Source: a virus (lineage: Duplodnaviria; Caudoviricetes). From it: 64,000 nucleotides of DNA. A program made the translations under genes and the position numbers. The notes beneath the pieces are model-generated. The model made no database searches. It saw only the letters and a list, made by a program, of their open reading frames with translations, and had not been told where the DNA came from. The DNA is taken from positions 1 to 64,000 of IMG/VR virus record IMGVR_UViG_3300004255_000002; one strand, 5' to 3'. The first letter of the stretch is position 1, and each line of letters starts with the position of its first letter. Shown here in pieces: positions 16,594 through 26,233 of this stretch.

Positions 16594-17724
16594 ATGGCAA
16601 CGGCATTAAAAACAGACACACTAGCCTACCAGATAGGGGTTAGGCCACTCGTACAGCAAATAGATATGAGTGCTAATAGACTACACGCGGTTATTGACTC
16701 AATGAATCACTTTTTTGGGTACAGTGATGTTGGCGACGCTATTAACGTAGGCTGGAGTGAGCCCAAGCAAGCCTACCCAGAAGAGGACGCACTTACCTTC
16801 TACATGATGAATCACGCTGTGTCGTTGGTTCGTAAGAAGGTAGGTGTGTATTCTCCTCTAGGCAAGTACCTGCCAATGGTGGAGCACTACCACAATCAGC
16901 TAGCGATTAAGTCCACTCGCATGTTCTTTTACTTGTTGTTGATTTGCACCCGCGAATCCCGTCATGAGAAAACGGACTACCACAGCCCGTTGTGGACAGG
17001 GCTACAATCCAAATACGGCGCTAAGGTAATCAACTTCCACCAGAAGATTAAAGGCACAGGTTCTGATTCAGCGGCTCAAAGATTACGGGATAGCCCCCCA
17101 GATGTGCCTGTAGGCGTCTACACCGCATTCTTATCCGAGGTATTCCATACAGGTAAGTACAGTGGTGGGTTTGGTGGCAAGGCATGGGCAGATGTAGCAG
17201 ATTGCTTGCATGCATTTGTAACAGGTGCCTACTCAGCCGAGATGATGATGGACACAGCGTTCACGTTATGTCACAACAACGGCCCAATCTTCAACAAAGG
17301 GATGCTATTCCACTGTTATGGGGATGACATCTACAAGATATTGGACGTACAACGCTCAGGCCAGATACCACAGCTAGTGTTAGAGGGTACGGTAACCTCC
17401 TCTAGTAGTACACGGGTGGCTAAGCTGTACAACCTATGCAGAGACCTCATCGGGGCAGAATTTGAGGGCCACGTAGATTGGTTTCAGGTAGAGATACTAG
17501 GGGCACTTAAAACATACACTAGTGAGCAAAAGAACCAAGTACAGAAATATGGGTACCCACCAAACCTCAAGGCAATGAAAGAAGCGCAAGCGGCAAAAGA
17601 GGCCGCAGAACTAGCCAAGAAAATTGAGGCAGAGAACAAGGCACTGGCAGAGAAGAAATCCAAGTACTTCAAAGTCACCCCTAAATTAGAAGTAAAGATA
17701 ACAACGAGGCCAGACCATGTATAA
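16594..17724 (+). CDS. hypothetical protein (376 aa)
   Basis: long ORF; start ATG 16594 after RBS; FGGKAW...D...HNNGPIFNK looks like a conserved motif. Confidence 0.8.
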   Translation: MATALKTDTLAYQIGVRPLVQQIDMSANRLHAVIDSMNHFFGYSDVGDAINVGWSEPKQAYPEEDALTFYMMNHAVSLVRKKVGVYSPLGKYLPMVEHYHNQLAIKSTRMFFYLLLICTRESRHEKTDYHSPLWTGLQSKYGAKVINFHQKIKGTGSDSAAQRLRDSPPDVPVGVYTAFLSEVFHTGKYSGGFGGKAWADVADCLHAFVTGAYSAEMMMDTAFTLCHNNGPIFNKGMLFHCYGDDIYKILDVQRSGQIPQLVLEGTVTSSSSTRVAKLYNLCRDLIGAEFEGHVDWFQVEILGALKTYTSEQKNQVQKYGYPPNLKAMKEAQAAKEAAELAKKIEAENKALAEKKSKYFKVTPKLEVKITTRPDHV

Positions 17725-18385
17725 AACAGCTAGCACAAAGCGATGCTTTCACAGCCACGCCCCTTTAATTATTGGCGGCAAAGAGGTGTTTGGGGGCTCG
17801 TGTTCTACCCCTATCGTGCATGATGCGGATATCTACGTGGGGCTGGATATGGGGCACCGAGAAAATAAACAAGCATACCCGTGGGAGAAGGGTGAATCGT
17901 TCCTGTTCTACATCCCAGATATGGGGGTGCCGTCTAGTGTAGATGACTTCAAAAATATGGTGGATTGGTTAGCCACCCAAATCATAGCCGACAAGAAAGT
18001 ACACATCGGTTGTATCGGTGGGCACGGTAGAACAGGTACGCTAATGTCTGCATTGGTAGCGGTCATGGATGGCAATATGGATGCTATCTCGTATGTGCGC
18101 AAGAACTACTGCGAGAAGGCGGTGGAGTCTAGTAAGCAGATAGACTTCCTGCATACCAATTTTGGTATCACTAAAGTAGCCCCATCCAAGAACGATGTGT
18201 GGAGCTCACACTCTGAGACCAAATGGGAGCCAACCAGACAATCGACCAAGAAGTCTAAAGTAGTGTCTATCAAAAAGGACACCCAATCAAAAGCCGAAAT
18301 GGGTAATCAGACTGTAAAACCTAACTCATCCTCCGCACTATGTCTGTGGGACTTAAGGGTAATACAGCTTGACAAATTATCTTAA
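17717..18385 (+). CDS. CX5R (PTP/dual-specificity-like) phosphatase 2
   Basis: HIGCIGGHGRTG; IPDMGVP acid loop. Confidence 0.85.
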   Translation: MYKTASTKRCFHSHAPLIIGGKEVFGGSCSTPIVHDADIYVGLDMGHRENKQAYPWEKGESFLFYIPDMGVPSSVDDFKNMVDWLATQIIADKKVHIGCIGGHGRTGTLMSALVAVMDGNMDAISYVRKNYCEKAVESSKQIDFLHTNFGITKVAPSKNDVWSSHSETKWEPTRQSTKKSKVVSIKKDTQSKAEMGNQTVKPNSSSALCLWDLRVIQLDKLS

Positions 18386-18396
18386 TATGATATTAT
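18369..18396 (+). promoter_or_regulatory. early-class promoter
   Basis: TTGACA-16bp-TATTAT with TG. Confidence 0.85.
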
Positions 18397-18418
18397 GTAT
18401 TATGAACAACGCACACAA

Positions 18419-18430
18419 ACCAAGGAGGGT
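18419..18430 (+). promoter_or_regulatory. SD hairpin, CsrA/RsmA-type site
   Basis: ACC-AAGGAG-GGT. Confidence 0.7.
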
Positions 18431-18432
18431 AT

Positions 18433-19305
18433 ATGGCAGTTAGCCTAGGTGCATCACACGGTTATGAAATCCTAGAGAAGCTAGGGGTAGCCAACCAACT
18501 TATACACACAAGCAAAGCACACCTAGTTACGGTAGCTCAAACGGTTACCTCCCTACTGTTCAAGGATAGTGAGGGGCAGGTGATAGGGTCGGTAGGTGTT
18601 ACCTCTAAGGCGCTATCATTACTAAATCACGGGATTATGGGGCCAGCTTCAAAGGACGCCTTATGCAGTCAATGTGAGAGTGTTCTTAAGAAGTACTTAA
18701 CCAACCACCCTCTTATGCAATCAGCCACGACGGGTATAGACTTTGCCAAGCTAGCCGATACCACGGTAGTAGCTTCCATGGGAGCTAAGTCAAGCCTAGC
18801 TAAAAGCCTATTCAAGGGTTCCGCTATCCTAAAAGGCAATAAGACGCTCAACGTAAAGGCCGATTCAGAAGAGGCTAATCTTTCTCTGGTGCAAGTCCAA
18901 GCCCATATGAAGGAGCTTAATAGCCCTATTGCTAAGAAAGGCGGCGGGAAGTCTTTATTCAGTGACCTAGCCATACTGTCAGAATCATGTAAGGTATACG
19001 AAGCTGTGGAAGGCACTAGTAAAGGCTCTGTGTATTACGTGGCGGCAGTCCTACAAGGGGTAGCATTAGCGGTAAGACACAAGCACAACAAGCTATCTAT
19101 CCGCGTGGCTGGCTCAGAGTTGGACAAATACAAATCAGCATTACTTAGCGCAGGGTTTGCCTACAAAGACGGAGAGTACGCATCTGTCCACTACGAGGTG
19201 GTAGAGGATGATGTGGGGGTCAAAACGATTGGTGCTATTCTTGCTAAGCTAGGTCTACACAAAATGCAACAGGTAGCAGAACTAAACAAGGTGGTGGCAC
19301 TATGA
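18433..19305 (+). CDS. hypothetical protein
   Basis: 290-aa ORF with strong RBS. Confidence 0.8.
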   Translation: MAVSLGASHGYEILEKLGVANQLIHTSKAHLVTVAQTVTSLLFKDSEGQVIGSVGVTSKALSLLNHGIMGPASKDALCSQCESVLKKYLTNHPLMQSATTGIDFAKLADTTVVASMGAKSSLAKSLFKGSAILKGNKTLNVKADSEEANLSLVQVQAHMKELNSPIAKKGGGKSLFSDLAILSESCKVYEAVEGTSKGSVYYVAAVLQGVALAVRHKHNKLSIRVAGSELDKYKSALLSAGFAYKDGEYASVHYEVVEDDVGVKTIGAILAKLGLHKMQQVAELNKVVAL

Positions 19306-19505
19306 GCGCACTAGACCTTAAAGAAGGAAGCATAATCAAATCCCCACCGTTTCTAGGTGCTGTGAGTAAGGAGCCTGTGGTACTAAAGGTTGGCAGTAAG
19401 ACGGTGGACGATATGTACGTAACAGCGTCATACTTCGGGGTGTACATGGGCTCAGCCTTTGTGTCCACTCTTAACGGTGTAGACACATGGGAGTGGACAG
19501 CATGA
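19302..19505 (+). CDS. hypothetical protein
   Basis: 67-aa ORF with ATGA overlaps. Confidence 0.65.
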   Translation: MSALDLKEGSIIKSPPFLGAVSKEPVVLKVGSKTVDDMYVTASYFGVYMGSAFVSTLNGVDTWEWTA

Positions 19506-19921
19506 GAATCGACAACATGAGAACCGCAGAACAATCACTGTATAATATATCCGACACAGTTCAGGTACCTGTCTCTATAATAGATGGCGTGGTTCAAGGT
19601 AGTCGTAAAGCTGTCTACCAATTCCTAGAAGATGTGGGCATGCCATTTACCATGACTGCCGTCGCGTATTTTAGAGGGGTTCAGGATGGCGTGTTGTTTC
19701 ATGTGGCTGGTAACCTATACCTTATGGTTAGTCACTACTACTCAACAGGCTCAACCAGCATCTACATTATTGACCAAGCTAAGTCAAAGGTACCGATGAA
19801 GAACCTGATAGACCCTAAAGGAACCCTACGCGATGTAGTGGATGAGATTAGGCATTGCATCATTAAAGTATTCCACCACAGAGATAGAAAGTGGCATCCA
19901 CTTACGCTACCCCCAGCGTAG
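19502..19921 (+). CDS. hypothetical protein
   Basis: start moved to 19502 (ATGA overlap). Confidence 0.65.
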   Translation: MRIDNMRTAEQSLYNISDTVQVPVSIIDGVVQGSRKAVYQFLEDVGMPFTMTAVAYFRGVQDGVLFHVAGNLYLMVSHYYSTGSTSIYIIDQAKSKVPMKNLIDPKGTLRDVVDEIRHCIIKVFHHRDRKWHPLTLPPA

Positions 19922-19946
19922 GTATAACAACTAACCGAGGAAGACT

Positions 19947-22340
19947 ATGCTAATAATATGGACGGGCGCGAAGATAAACGAAATAAAGAACGTCTTCGGC
20001 CCAATAATAAGCACGTACAACATCCCCCACGCGATTCATAGCGACACAACCACACCACCAGAGGTAGACGACGGGGATGTGGTTTTAGCTTGTGGGACAA
20101 AGATACTAGAAGTCATTCAGAATCTTGAACTAGCCCCCAAGAAGAGGACAGTGACCAGCATGCGGGAGACAGCTATCCCTGCCTCAGGTGCTAATATCTT
20201 TATCACCTTTGACCCAAGCATCGTAAACAAGGACTACGCCAGACTCCCAGACCTACAATGGGATTGTCACCTTGCATGCAGACAACACGTACATGGGCAC
20301 ACTAAGCCAGTACTAGGGCAGTACGACTACGTAGAATCCCTGCACAACATTATTAACCGTATTGAAGAGAAGTACGAGGCCACAGGTAGTCCTGTAGAGG
20401 TAGCATCTGACTTGGAGACCCTAGGCCTAGATGAGTACCTACCTAATGCGTGGATTATCTCGGTGTCATTCACAGTGGACACAGGTAAGTCTGAGGTGGT
20501 GTACTTTGACAAAGACGAGAAGCTAGAAATCCCGCCACCCTTCCTAGACATAGATGAGATGAATTACTGGCAAGCACTCTGGTCACAGATTCATTGGATT
20601 ATGACCACGCCTAAGGTGTCAATGCGCGGCGCTAACTTTAAGTTCGATTCCCGCTGGATGAATCATAAGTGGGGCATCTACTGCACTAACCACAGATTCG
20701 ACACACTGCTAGTAGGCTCCCTACTAGATGAAAACCGCTCTAACTCCCTCAAGCTCCATGCCAAAATCTATACTCCGTTAGGCGGGTATGAGGATGACGC
20801 CAAGCAATACGACTTTAGCCGCGTGGACTTGATTCCAAAAGACGTACTACTGCCCTATGCTGGCGGCGACACGGATGCTACCTACCAAGTAGCAGTAGCC
20901 CAAAAGAAAGAACTCATCCGAGAAAAAGGACTAGCGAACTTCTACGTGAACCTGATGCACCCAGCTTCTAAGGTGTTTGAGAAGCTAGAGACTAATGGCA
21001 TTGTGGTGGACGTACCGTACTACCAAGAGTTACGCACTCAGCTAGAGGTAGAGACCACACGACTACAGCATGATATGGTGGCGATGTTGCCAGCAATCCT
21101 ACGCGAGAAGCACAAAGATAAAATCCAAGAGGCGTTCGACGAAGGCAAGAATCCAATGGGTGCCAAGTTGCTTAAGGACTTCCTGTTCACAGAAGAAGGC
21201 CTAGGCCTGAAACCTCAAATGGTGACAGAGAAAACTAAAGAGCCGTCTACAGCACTAGACCACCTCATCATGTTTGCGGATAACCCAGACGCTAAACAGT
21301 TCATTGATGTATTCACTGAGTATGGGTCGGCAAAGAAAACGCTCAGTACCTACGTGGTAGGGTTCCTAAGCCACCTCAGAAGCGACAACAGATTCCACCC
21401 ACATTTTATGTTGTTCCGAGGCGGGTACGGGGACGACGATACGGATGCAGGTGCTGTGACTGGCCGTACCTCTGCGAAAGACCCAGCAGTACAGACCATT
21501 CCTAAACACACTAAATGGACTAAGAAGTTGCGCCGTGCGTTTATTGCGCCAGAAGGCTACACCATATTGCAATGCGACTACTCTCAAGGGGAGTTGAAAA
21601 TCGCGGCGTGTGTGGCAGAGGAGCCAACCATGATTGACGCATACCTAAATGGCATCGACTTGCATGCGGTCACCGCGGCTCAGTTGACAGGTTATGAGAT
21701 GGGTGAGTTCATGCTATTGCCAGAGGATGAGCGCGACGCACTGCGGTCACTAGGTAAGGCGGGTAACTTTGGTCTGTTATATGGTATGGGTGCCAACGGC
21801 TTTAGGGAGTACGCTAAGGCCTCATATGGTGTATCCATGACAGAGCAGGATGCCGCCAAGAAACGAGATGCATTCTTTGCCTTGTATAGCCGTCTACCAG
21901 AGTGGCATGAGGAATACAGAAACTGGGCTCGTAAAGACCTGCGTGTGATATCCCCATTAGGCCGTGTTCGACACTTACCTCTCATCAACTCTAGCAACAG
22001 TGAGGTACGGGCACAGGCAGAACGCCAGTCTATTAACTCACCGATTCAGTCATGCTTGTCAGACTTGATGCAGTTAGCTATGGTGGAACTAGATAAAGAG
22101 TACGGTCAACGCATCGTACAGATGTGCTTAATGACCCACGATTCCCTAGCCATGTATGTTCCTATTGGTGAAGAGATGCTGTGGGCACGTCGTGTTACAG
22201 ATGTGATGTCCAACCTCCCTATTACCCGTTTGTTTGGGTGGAAGCCACAGCTACAGTTCACCGCTGATGCTGAGTGCTCTATGCCAGACGATGACGGCGT
22301 TAGAAGTTTAGCCTCGCTCAAAAAGCTCAAAGGCTATTAA
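19947..22340 (+). CDS. polA: family A DNA polymerase with N-terminal degenerate UDG-like domain
   Basis: exo motifs DLET, NFKFD, YAGGD; pol motifs DYSQGE, KAGNFGLLYG, THDS. Confidence 0.95.
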   Translation: MLIIWTGAKINEIKNVFGPIISTYNIPHAIHSDTTTPPEVDDGDVVLACGTKILEVIQNLELAPKKRTVTSMRETAIPASGANIFITFDPSIVNKDYARLPDLQWDCHLACRQHVHGHTKPVLGQYDYVESLHNIINRIEEKYEATGSPVEVASDLETLGLDEYLPNAWIISVSFTVDTGKSEVVYFDKDEKLEIPPPFLDIDEMNYWQALWSQIHWIMTTPKVSMRGANFKFDSRWMNHKWGIYCTNHRFDTLLVGSLLDENRSNSLKLHAKIYTPLGGYEDDAKQYDFSRVDLIPKDVLLPYAGGDTDATYQVAVAQKKELIREKGLANFYVNLMHPASKVFEKLETNGIVVDVPYYQELRTQLEVETTRLQHDMVAMLPAILREKHKDKIQEAFDEGKNPMGAKLLKDFLFTEEGLGLKPQMVTEKTKEPSTALDHLIMFADNPDAKQFIDVFTEYGSAKKTLSTYVVGFLSHLRSDNRFHPHFMLFRGGYGDDDTDAGAVTGRTSAKDPAVQTIPKHTKWTKKLRRAFIAPEGYTILQCDYSQGELKIAACVAEEPTMIDAYLNGIDLHAVTAAQLTGYEMGEFMLLPEDERDALRSLGKAGNFGLLYGMGANGFREYAKASYGVSMTEQDAAKKRDAFFALYSRLPEWHEEYRNWARKDLRVISPLGRVRHLPLINSSNSEVRAQAERQSINSPIQSCLSDLMQLAMVELDKEYGQRIVQMCLMTHDSLAMYVPIGEEMLWARRVTDVMSNLPITRLFGWKPQLQFTADAECSMPDDDGVRSLASLKKLKGY

Positions 22341-22342
22341 TT

Positions 22343-22356
22343 TGCAATTAACTGCA
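22343..22356. repeat. TGCA-box copy (TGCAATTAACTGCA), 2 bp after polA stop
   Basis: read directly. Confidence 0.85.
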
Positions 22357-22415
22357 CTTGTCGGGTAGCTCTTAATCGGTTAAGATTCGTTCATCTGATT
22401 GATTAAGGGTGACCC

Positions 22416-22829
22416 GTGCATACAGACTGTCCAAAATGTAGTAGTCCATCGGCAAGGTTCGTGCGGGACAGGCACGATATCATCCTGCGTTGTTTATGCG
22501 GGTACCACAAAGTAGTACAAACCACCCTAGAAGAAATACAGATTGAACACCGAGATACAGGTAAGAACGTAACTCTCCCAAGGCAGAAGACCAAGATATG
22601 GTACTGCCTAATGTCGTTAGTAGCTCTTAAAGTGGCTTCAACTACGCAGATATGGGTTACGATGAATCGGCAAGACGTAGATGAGCAGACGATGAGCGAG
22701 GTCTCTAGTCAGCTAACCGTACTCAGGTACAAAGGATTAGTGGAAGTCATCGACAACCGTAAAGGTATCCCCGGTGGCTCCACATGGCAATTAACAAAGC
22801 AAGCGCAGATTCTCACTGCAAACCTCTAG
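22416..22829 (+). CDS. Zn-ribbon + winged-helix protein, candidate regulator
   Basis: CPKC...CLCG; VSSQLTVLRYKGLVE...GGSTWQLT wHTH pattern; GTG start. Confidence 0.6.
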   Translation: MHTDCPKCSSPSARFVRDRHDIILRCLCGYHKVVQTTLEEIQIEHRDTGKNVTLPRQKTKIWYCLMSLVALKVASTTQIWVTMNRQDVDEQTMSEVSSQLTVLRYKGLVEVIDNRKGIPGGSTWQLTKQAQILTANL

Positions 22830-22839
22830 GGGCAACACC

Positions 22840-24663
22840 ATGCACAGAAACAGAAGTCGGACTAAGAAATCAACTGCCACAGCTTTGGACAACCCAGCCC
22901 CAAGCACCAGCGAGGCACCAGATACCAAGGTCACATTTTATGGGGCGCGGGTAGCTAAGGCTGACTCCGCTATCGTGGTGAATGACATCTTGCATCAAGA
23001 GGACGACTTCACAGGCCTGTACTGGAGTGCTAAATCAGGTGCTCAGTTAGTCCTAGAACCGCCATACAACCCAGTCACACTACAAGCATTAACCCAGCGT
23101 AATAACATCCTGTCACAGTGCGTGGCGGCGATGGAGGTTAATATTGATGGTACGGGCTACACGATTGAGCCTGTGGACCAAACCAAAAAAGGCATGGCAG
23201 GTAACGCCCCAGAGCAGAAACAGCTAGAGGACTTCTTCGGTGAGCCCTACCCAGACACCAGCTTCATCTCTATGCGCCGTGAGTTGCGCTACGACGTTGA
23301 AAGTACAGGCAACGGTTACCTAGAAGTACTGCGCAACCTAGAAGGTAATATCGTATTCCTACGTGGCCTAGATTCAACCACAATGCGCCTATGCAGACTA
23401 GATGAACCAGTGCTAGTAGAGAAACAAATCACCCGCGGCACCGATACCTTTTCAACCAAGGTGTCTGCTCGTGAGCGTCGATTCGTACAGAAGGTAGGCA
23501 CGAAGCTGGTGTTCTTTAAAGAGTTCGGCGCTAGTCGCCAACTTGACCGAAATACAGGCGCGTGGATTGAGGGCACTACTAAACTAGACCCATCAGTGAG
23601 CGCATCTGAGGTCATCCACTTCACATGCGAAAAGGACACCACAACACCCTATGGCGTACCTCGCTGGATTAACCAATTGCCATCTATCATGGGTTCACGT
23701 AAAGCCGAAGAGTTTAACTTGGAGTTCTTTGATTCAGGCGGCGTACCCCCTGCGGTAGTGTTCGTGCAGGGTGGTGCATTATCACCAGACGTAACCAAGC
23801 AATTAAACGGCTTCTTTGCAGGTAATGGCAAGGCTAAACATCGTGTGGCTGTGGTAGAGGTTCAATCTAGCTCAGGCTCATTGGATAGCGCTGGTACTGT
23901 GCAGGTGAAGACAGAACGCTTTGGTGACACGAAATCTAACGACTCTATGTTCCAAAACTATGACAAGGCGTGTGAAGACCATGTACGTGTAGGATTCCGC
24001 TTACCTCCATTGTTCCTAGGTAAGGCACAGGACTATAACTTTGCCACAGCACAGACCGCGTACATGGTTACTGAGGCTCAAGTGTTCCAACCAGAGCGTA
24101 CTGAGTTCGACGAGATAATCAATATCAAGATTGTGCGCAGTCTAGGTGTTAAAGACTACGTAATTAAGTCCAACCCACTGACGATGAAGTCTGTGGACGT
24201 TCAACTGAATGCGATTGAGAAGGTGAAAGACTTGGTTGACGATGCAGAGCTTGTAGCTACAGTGAATGGTATCGTGGGCACCAACCTTAAGTACTCTAAG
24301 GAAAAAGTAGACGCCGCGGCAGAGGCACAAGCCAAAGCACTAGATGCACAAAACCAAGGCCAACAGCAACAATCAGAACCGCCTGTTAGAGGTAAGCCTA
24401 ATTTAACTGCTGTAAAATCAGAGATGAATCCTACTGAGATTGTAGGGCTAGTATCTCGCTGGAATGTCGCGGTAGGTATTCAGGCAGGTATCATGGACGT
24501 GAACGAAAAGCAGATAGTACTAACCAAAGTAGCCACCTTAGAGGGTGAAGAATTAGACCTGTTCAATAACGTGCTGGCCTCTAAATCATTCCTAGGCTTT
24601 GATGTAGGTCTTGGTTTAGACGACATAGCTTGTGGTTGCTCCAAAGCGATGACTGCTAACTAG
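22840..24663 (+). CDS. portal protein (PBSX XkdE-like)
   Basis: TGNGYLEVLRN, YGVPRW, FN..FF..GGVP, FRLPPLFLG, YN.ATA, VFQPER. Confidence 0.9.
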   Translation: MHRNRSRTKKSTATALDNPAPSTSEAPDTKVTFYGARVAKADSAIVVNDILHQEDDFTGLYWSAKSGAQLVLEPPYNPVTLQALTQRNNILSQCVAAMEVNIDGTGYTIEPVDQTKKGMAGNAPEQKQLEDFFGEPYPDTSFISMRRELRYDVESTGNGYLEVLRNLEGNIVFLRGLDSTTMRLCRLDEPVLVEKQITRGTDTFSTKVSARERRFVQKVGTKLVFFKEFGASRQLDRNTGAWIEGTTKLDPSVSASEVIHFTCEKDTTTPYGVPRWINQLPSIMGSRKAEEFNLEFFDSGGVPPAVVFVQGGALSPDVTKQLNGFFAGNGKAKHRVAVVEVQSSSGSLDSAGTVQVKTERFGDTKSNDSMFQNYDKACEDHVRVGFRLPPLFLGKAQDYNFATAQTAYMVTEAQVFQPERTEFDEIINIKIVRSLGVKDYVIKSNPLTMKSVDVQLNAIEKVKDLVDDAELVATVNGIVGTNLKYSKEKVDAAAEAQAKALDAQNQGQQQQSEPPVRGKPNLTAVKSEMNPTEIVGLVSRWNVAVGIQAGIMDVNEKQIVLTKVATLEGEELDLFNNVLASKSFLGFDVGLGLDDIACGCSKAMTAN

Positions 24664-24664
24664 T

Positions 24665-26089
24665 ATGGCAGTTTCTGTAGAGGCGATTATAGCGATTGAG
24701 GAAAGCTTAACCCAAAGGTTAAGTCTGACCTACAACAAGCTCGCGGCTAACTACCTGAGACAGCTTCTACCTGCGGTGGAGGCACAGGACTGGAATACGG
24801 CTGAGCAGATTGCAAACTCCATTGATGTAACTCCTGTGTTTGAACAGAACAAGGCTTACATAGAGTATTGCACGTATGCGGCTATGATATTCGGGGCCAC
24901 TCGCCTAACCAAGAAAGCAGACCAGACCATCATCACCACGCGAGACCACTCAAGTGAGATGAATAAGGGCACTGCATTACTACAAGTCACTCTACAGAGC
25001 GTGGCTAAGCGCATGAAGGAATCCATCTTAGAGGAACTAGACCGAGTGCGGCTAGACCTACGAGTGAACACGGTAAAGGCGGCACGACTAGCCCAGCCGT
25101 TCCAGTCATTCGCTGAGAAAGGCGCTAGCACCCTACAACTAGTATCCCAGCTACACACTAGTAGGCTATCTGCGTTCGGCTTCACGGCTGAGGCAGAGGT
25201 GCTAGGTGTGACCAAGTACAGTATCAGTGAGCAACTAGACACCAGCATCTGCCCGATATGTGCTCACATGCACGGTAAGAGTTTTAGGGTGGTGGACGCT
25301 AGAGGTACACTAGAGCGTATCCTAGACACCACAGATGCAGATGAACTAAAGACACTACAACCATGGCCTAAGCAGAACAAGGAAGGCGTAGCGGCATTCA
25401 AGAAGCTAACCGCTGATGAGCTCGTGGTGAACAACTGGCATATCCCACCGTTCCATGGGTCTTGCCGTGGCTTACTCGTAGCATCTAAAGATGTACCGCC
25501 ATTGAACCTACTACCTAAGAACGACCTTCCTCTAGGCGACCCAGCATGGGCACCATGGGCTAGTCTATTACGTGACGTGGACAAGAATACGATTGTGGCT
25601 TACGCAAGCTCAGACTACACCAGTATCAATAAGTACCTACGCTTTGGTGGTAAGGGGCTTACGGTTGCCACTAGCGCGAGTGTGGAAGCTAAAGTACGTG
25701 TACTACAGGAAGTATTTAAAAAGGCTCCTACGGTTCCTGCTGGCGACGCTATTACCTTGGTGTACCGCGGAATCAGAAGCACACCAGCGATACAGAAGAA
25801 GTACAGTGAGGTCACGATTGGCTCAGTCATCCGAGACAAAGGCTTCGTATCTACCTCTAAAAACATGGGGCAGGCCTCATCATTCAGTATCGGTGAATCT
25901 GGCATCCTCGTAGAGATTGAGTTACCTGCTGGCACTAAGGTGCTGGATATGGCGGCGATGAATCTTGAGGGTGTACTTGGGTCTGAGCAAGAAGTGCTAC
26001 TCAAGGCTAATTCTGCATTCTACGTAACAGGTGTGGAGCGTCACCCAGACGGCACCTTAGAGAAGTTAAGTCTGAGGGCGGCACTATGA
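24665..26089 (+). CDS. MuF/gp7-like minor head protein fused to an R-S-E ADP-ribosyltransferase
   Basis: CPIC..MHG and PPFHGSCRG (MuF); Y..IN.YLR, VYRG, GFVSTS, EQEVLL (ART). Confidence 0.85.
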   Translation: MAVSVEAIIAIEESLTQRLSLTYNKLAANYLRQLLPAVEAQDWNTAEQIANSIDVTPVFEQNKAYIEYCTYAAMIFGATRLTKKADQTIITTRDHSSEMNKGTALLQVTLQSVAKRMKESILEELDRVRLDLRVNTVKAARLAQPFQSFAEKGASTLQLVSQLHTSRLSAFGFTAEAEVLGVTKYSISEQLDTSICPICAHMHGKSFRVVDARGTLERILDTTDADELKTLQPWPKQNKEGVAAFKKLTADELVVNNWHIPPFHGSCRGLLVASKDVPPLNLLPKNDLPLGDPAWAPWASLLRDVDKNTIVAYASSDYTSINKYLRFGGKGLTVATSASVEAKVRVLQEVFKKAPTVPAGDAITLVYRGIRSTPAIQKKYSEVTIGSVIRDKGFVSTSKNMGQASSFSIGESGILVEIELPAGTKVLDMAAMNLEGVLGSEQEVLLKANSAFYVTGVERHPDGTLEKLSLRAAL

Positions 26090-26199
26090 GTAAATTCATA
26101 TGGGAAGAGGACGAAGTGCGGATAACCCCGCCGAAACCACCTGCCAAAAAGACAGAGCCAGAACCAAATCCAGTTGACAGGAACCAGCCACCTAAGTAG
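26086..26199 (+). CDS. 37-aa small ORF (MSKFIWEEDEVRITPPKPP...)
   Basis: translated by hand; ATGA overlap with ART stop. Confidence 0.55.
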   Translation: MSKFIWEEDEVRITPPKPPAKKTEPEPNPVDRNQPPK

Positions 26200-26205
26200 A
26201 GTTAG

Positions 26206-26219
26206 TGCAGTTAATTGCA
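26206..26219. repeat. TGCA-box copy (TGCAGTTAATTGCA), upstream of protease
   Basis: read directly. Confidence 0.85.
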
Positions 26220-26233
26220 CATAGGTGGCAGAG

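Noticed and set aside
23765-23778. TGCA-GGGTGG-TGCA
   Set aside because: It has the right spacing but lacks the AT core; about one such chance hit is expected in 64 kb.
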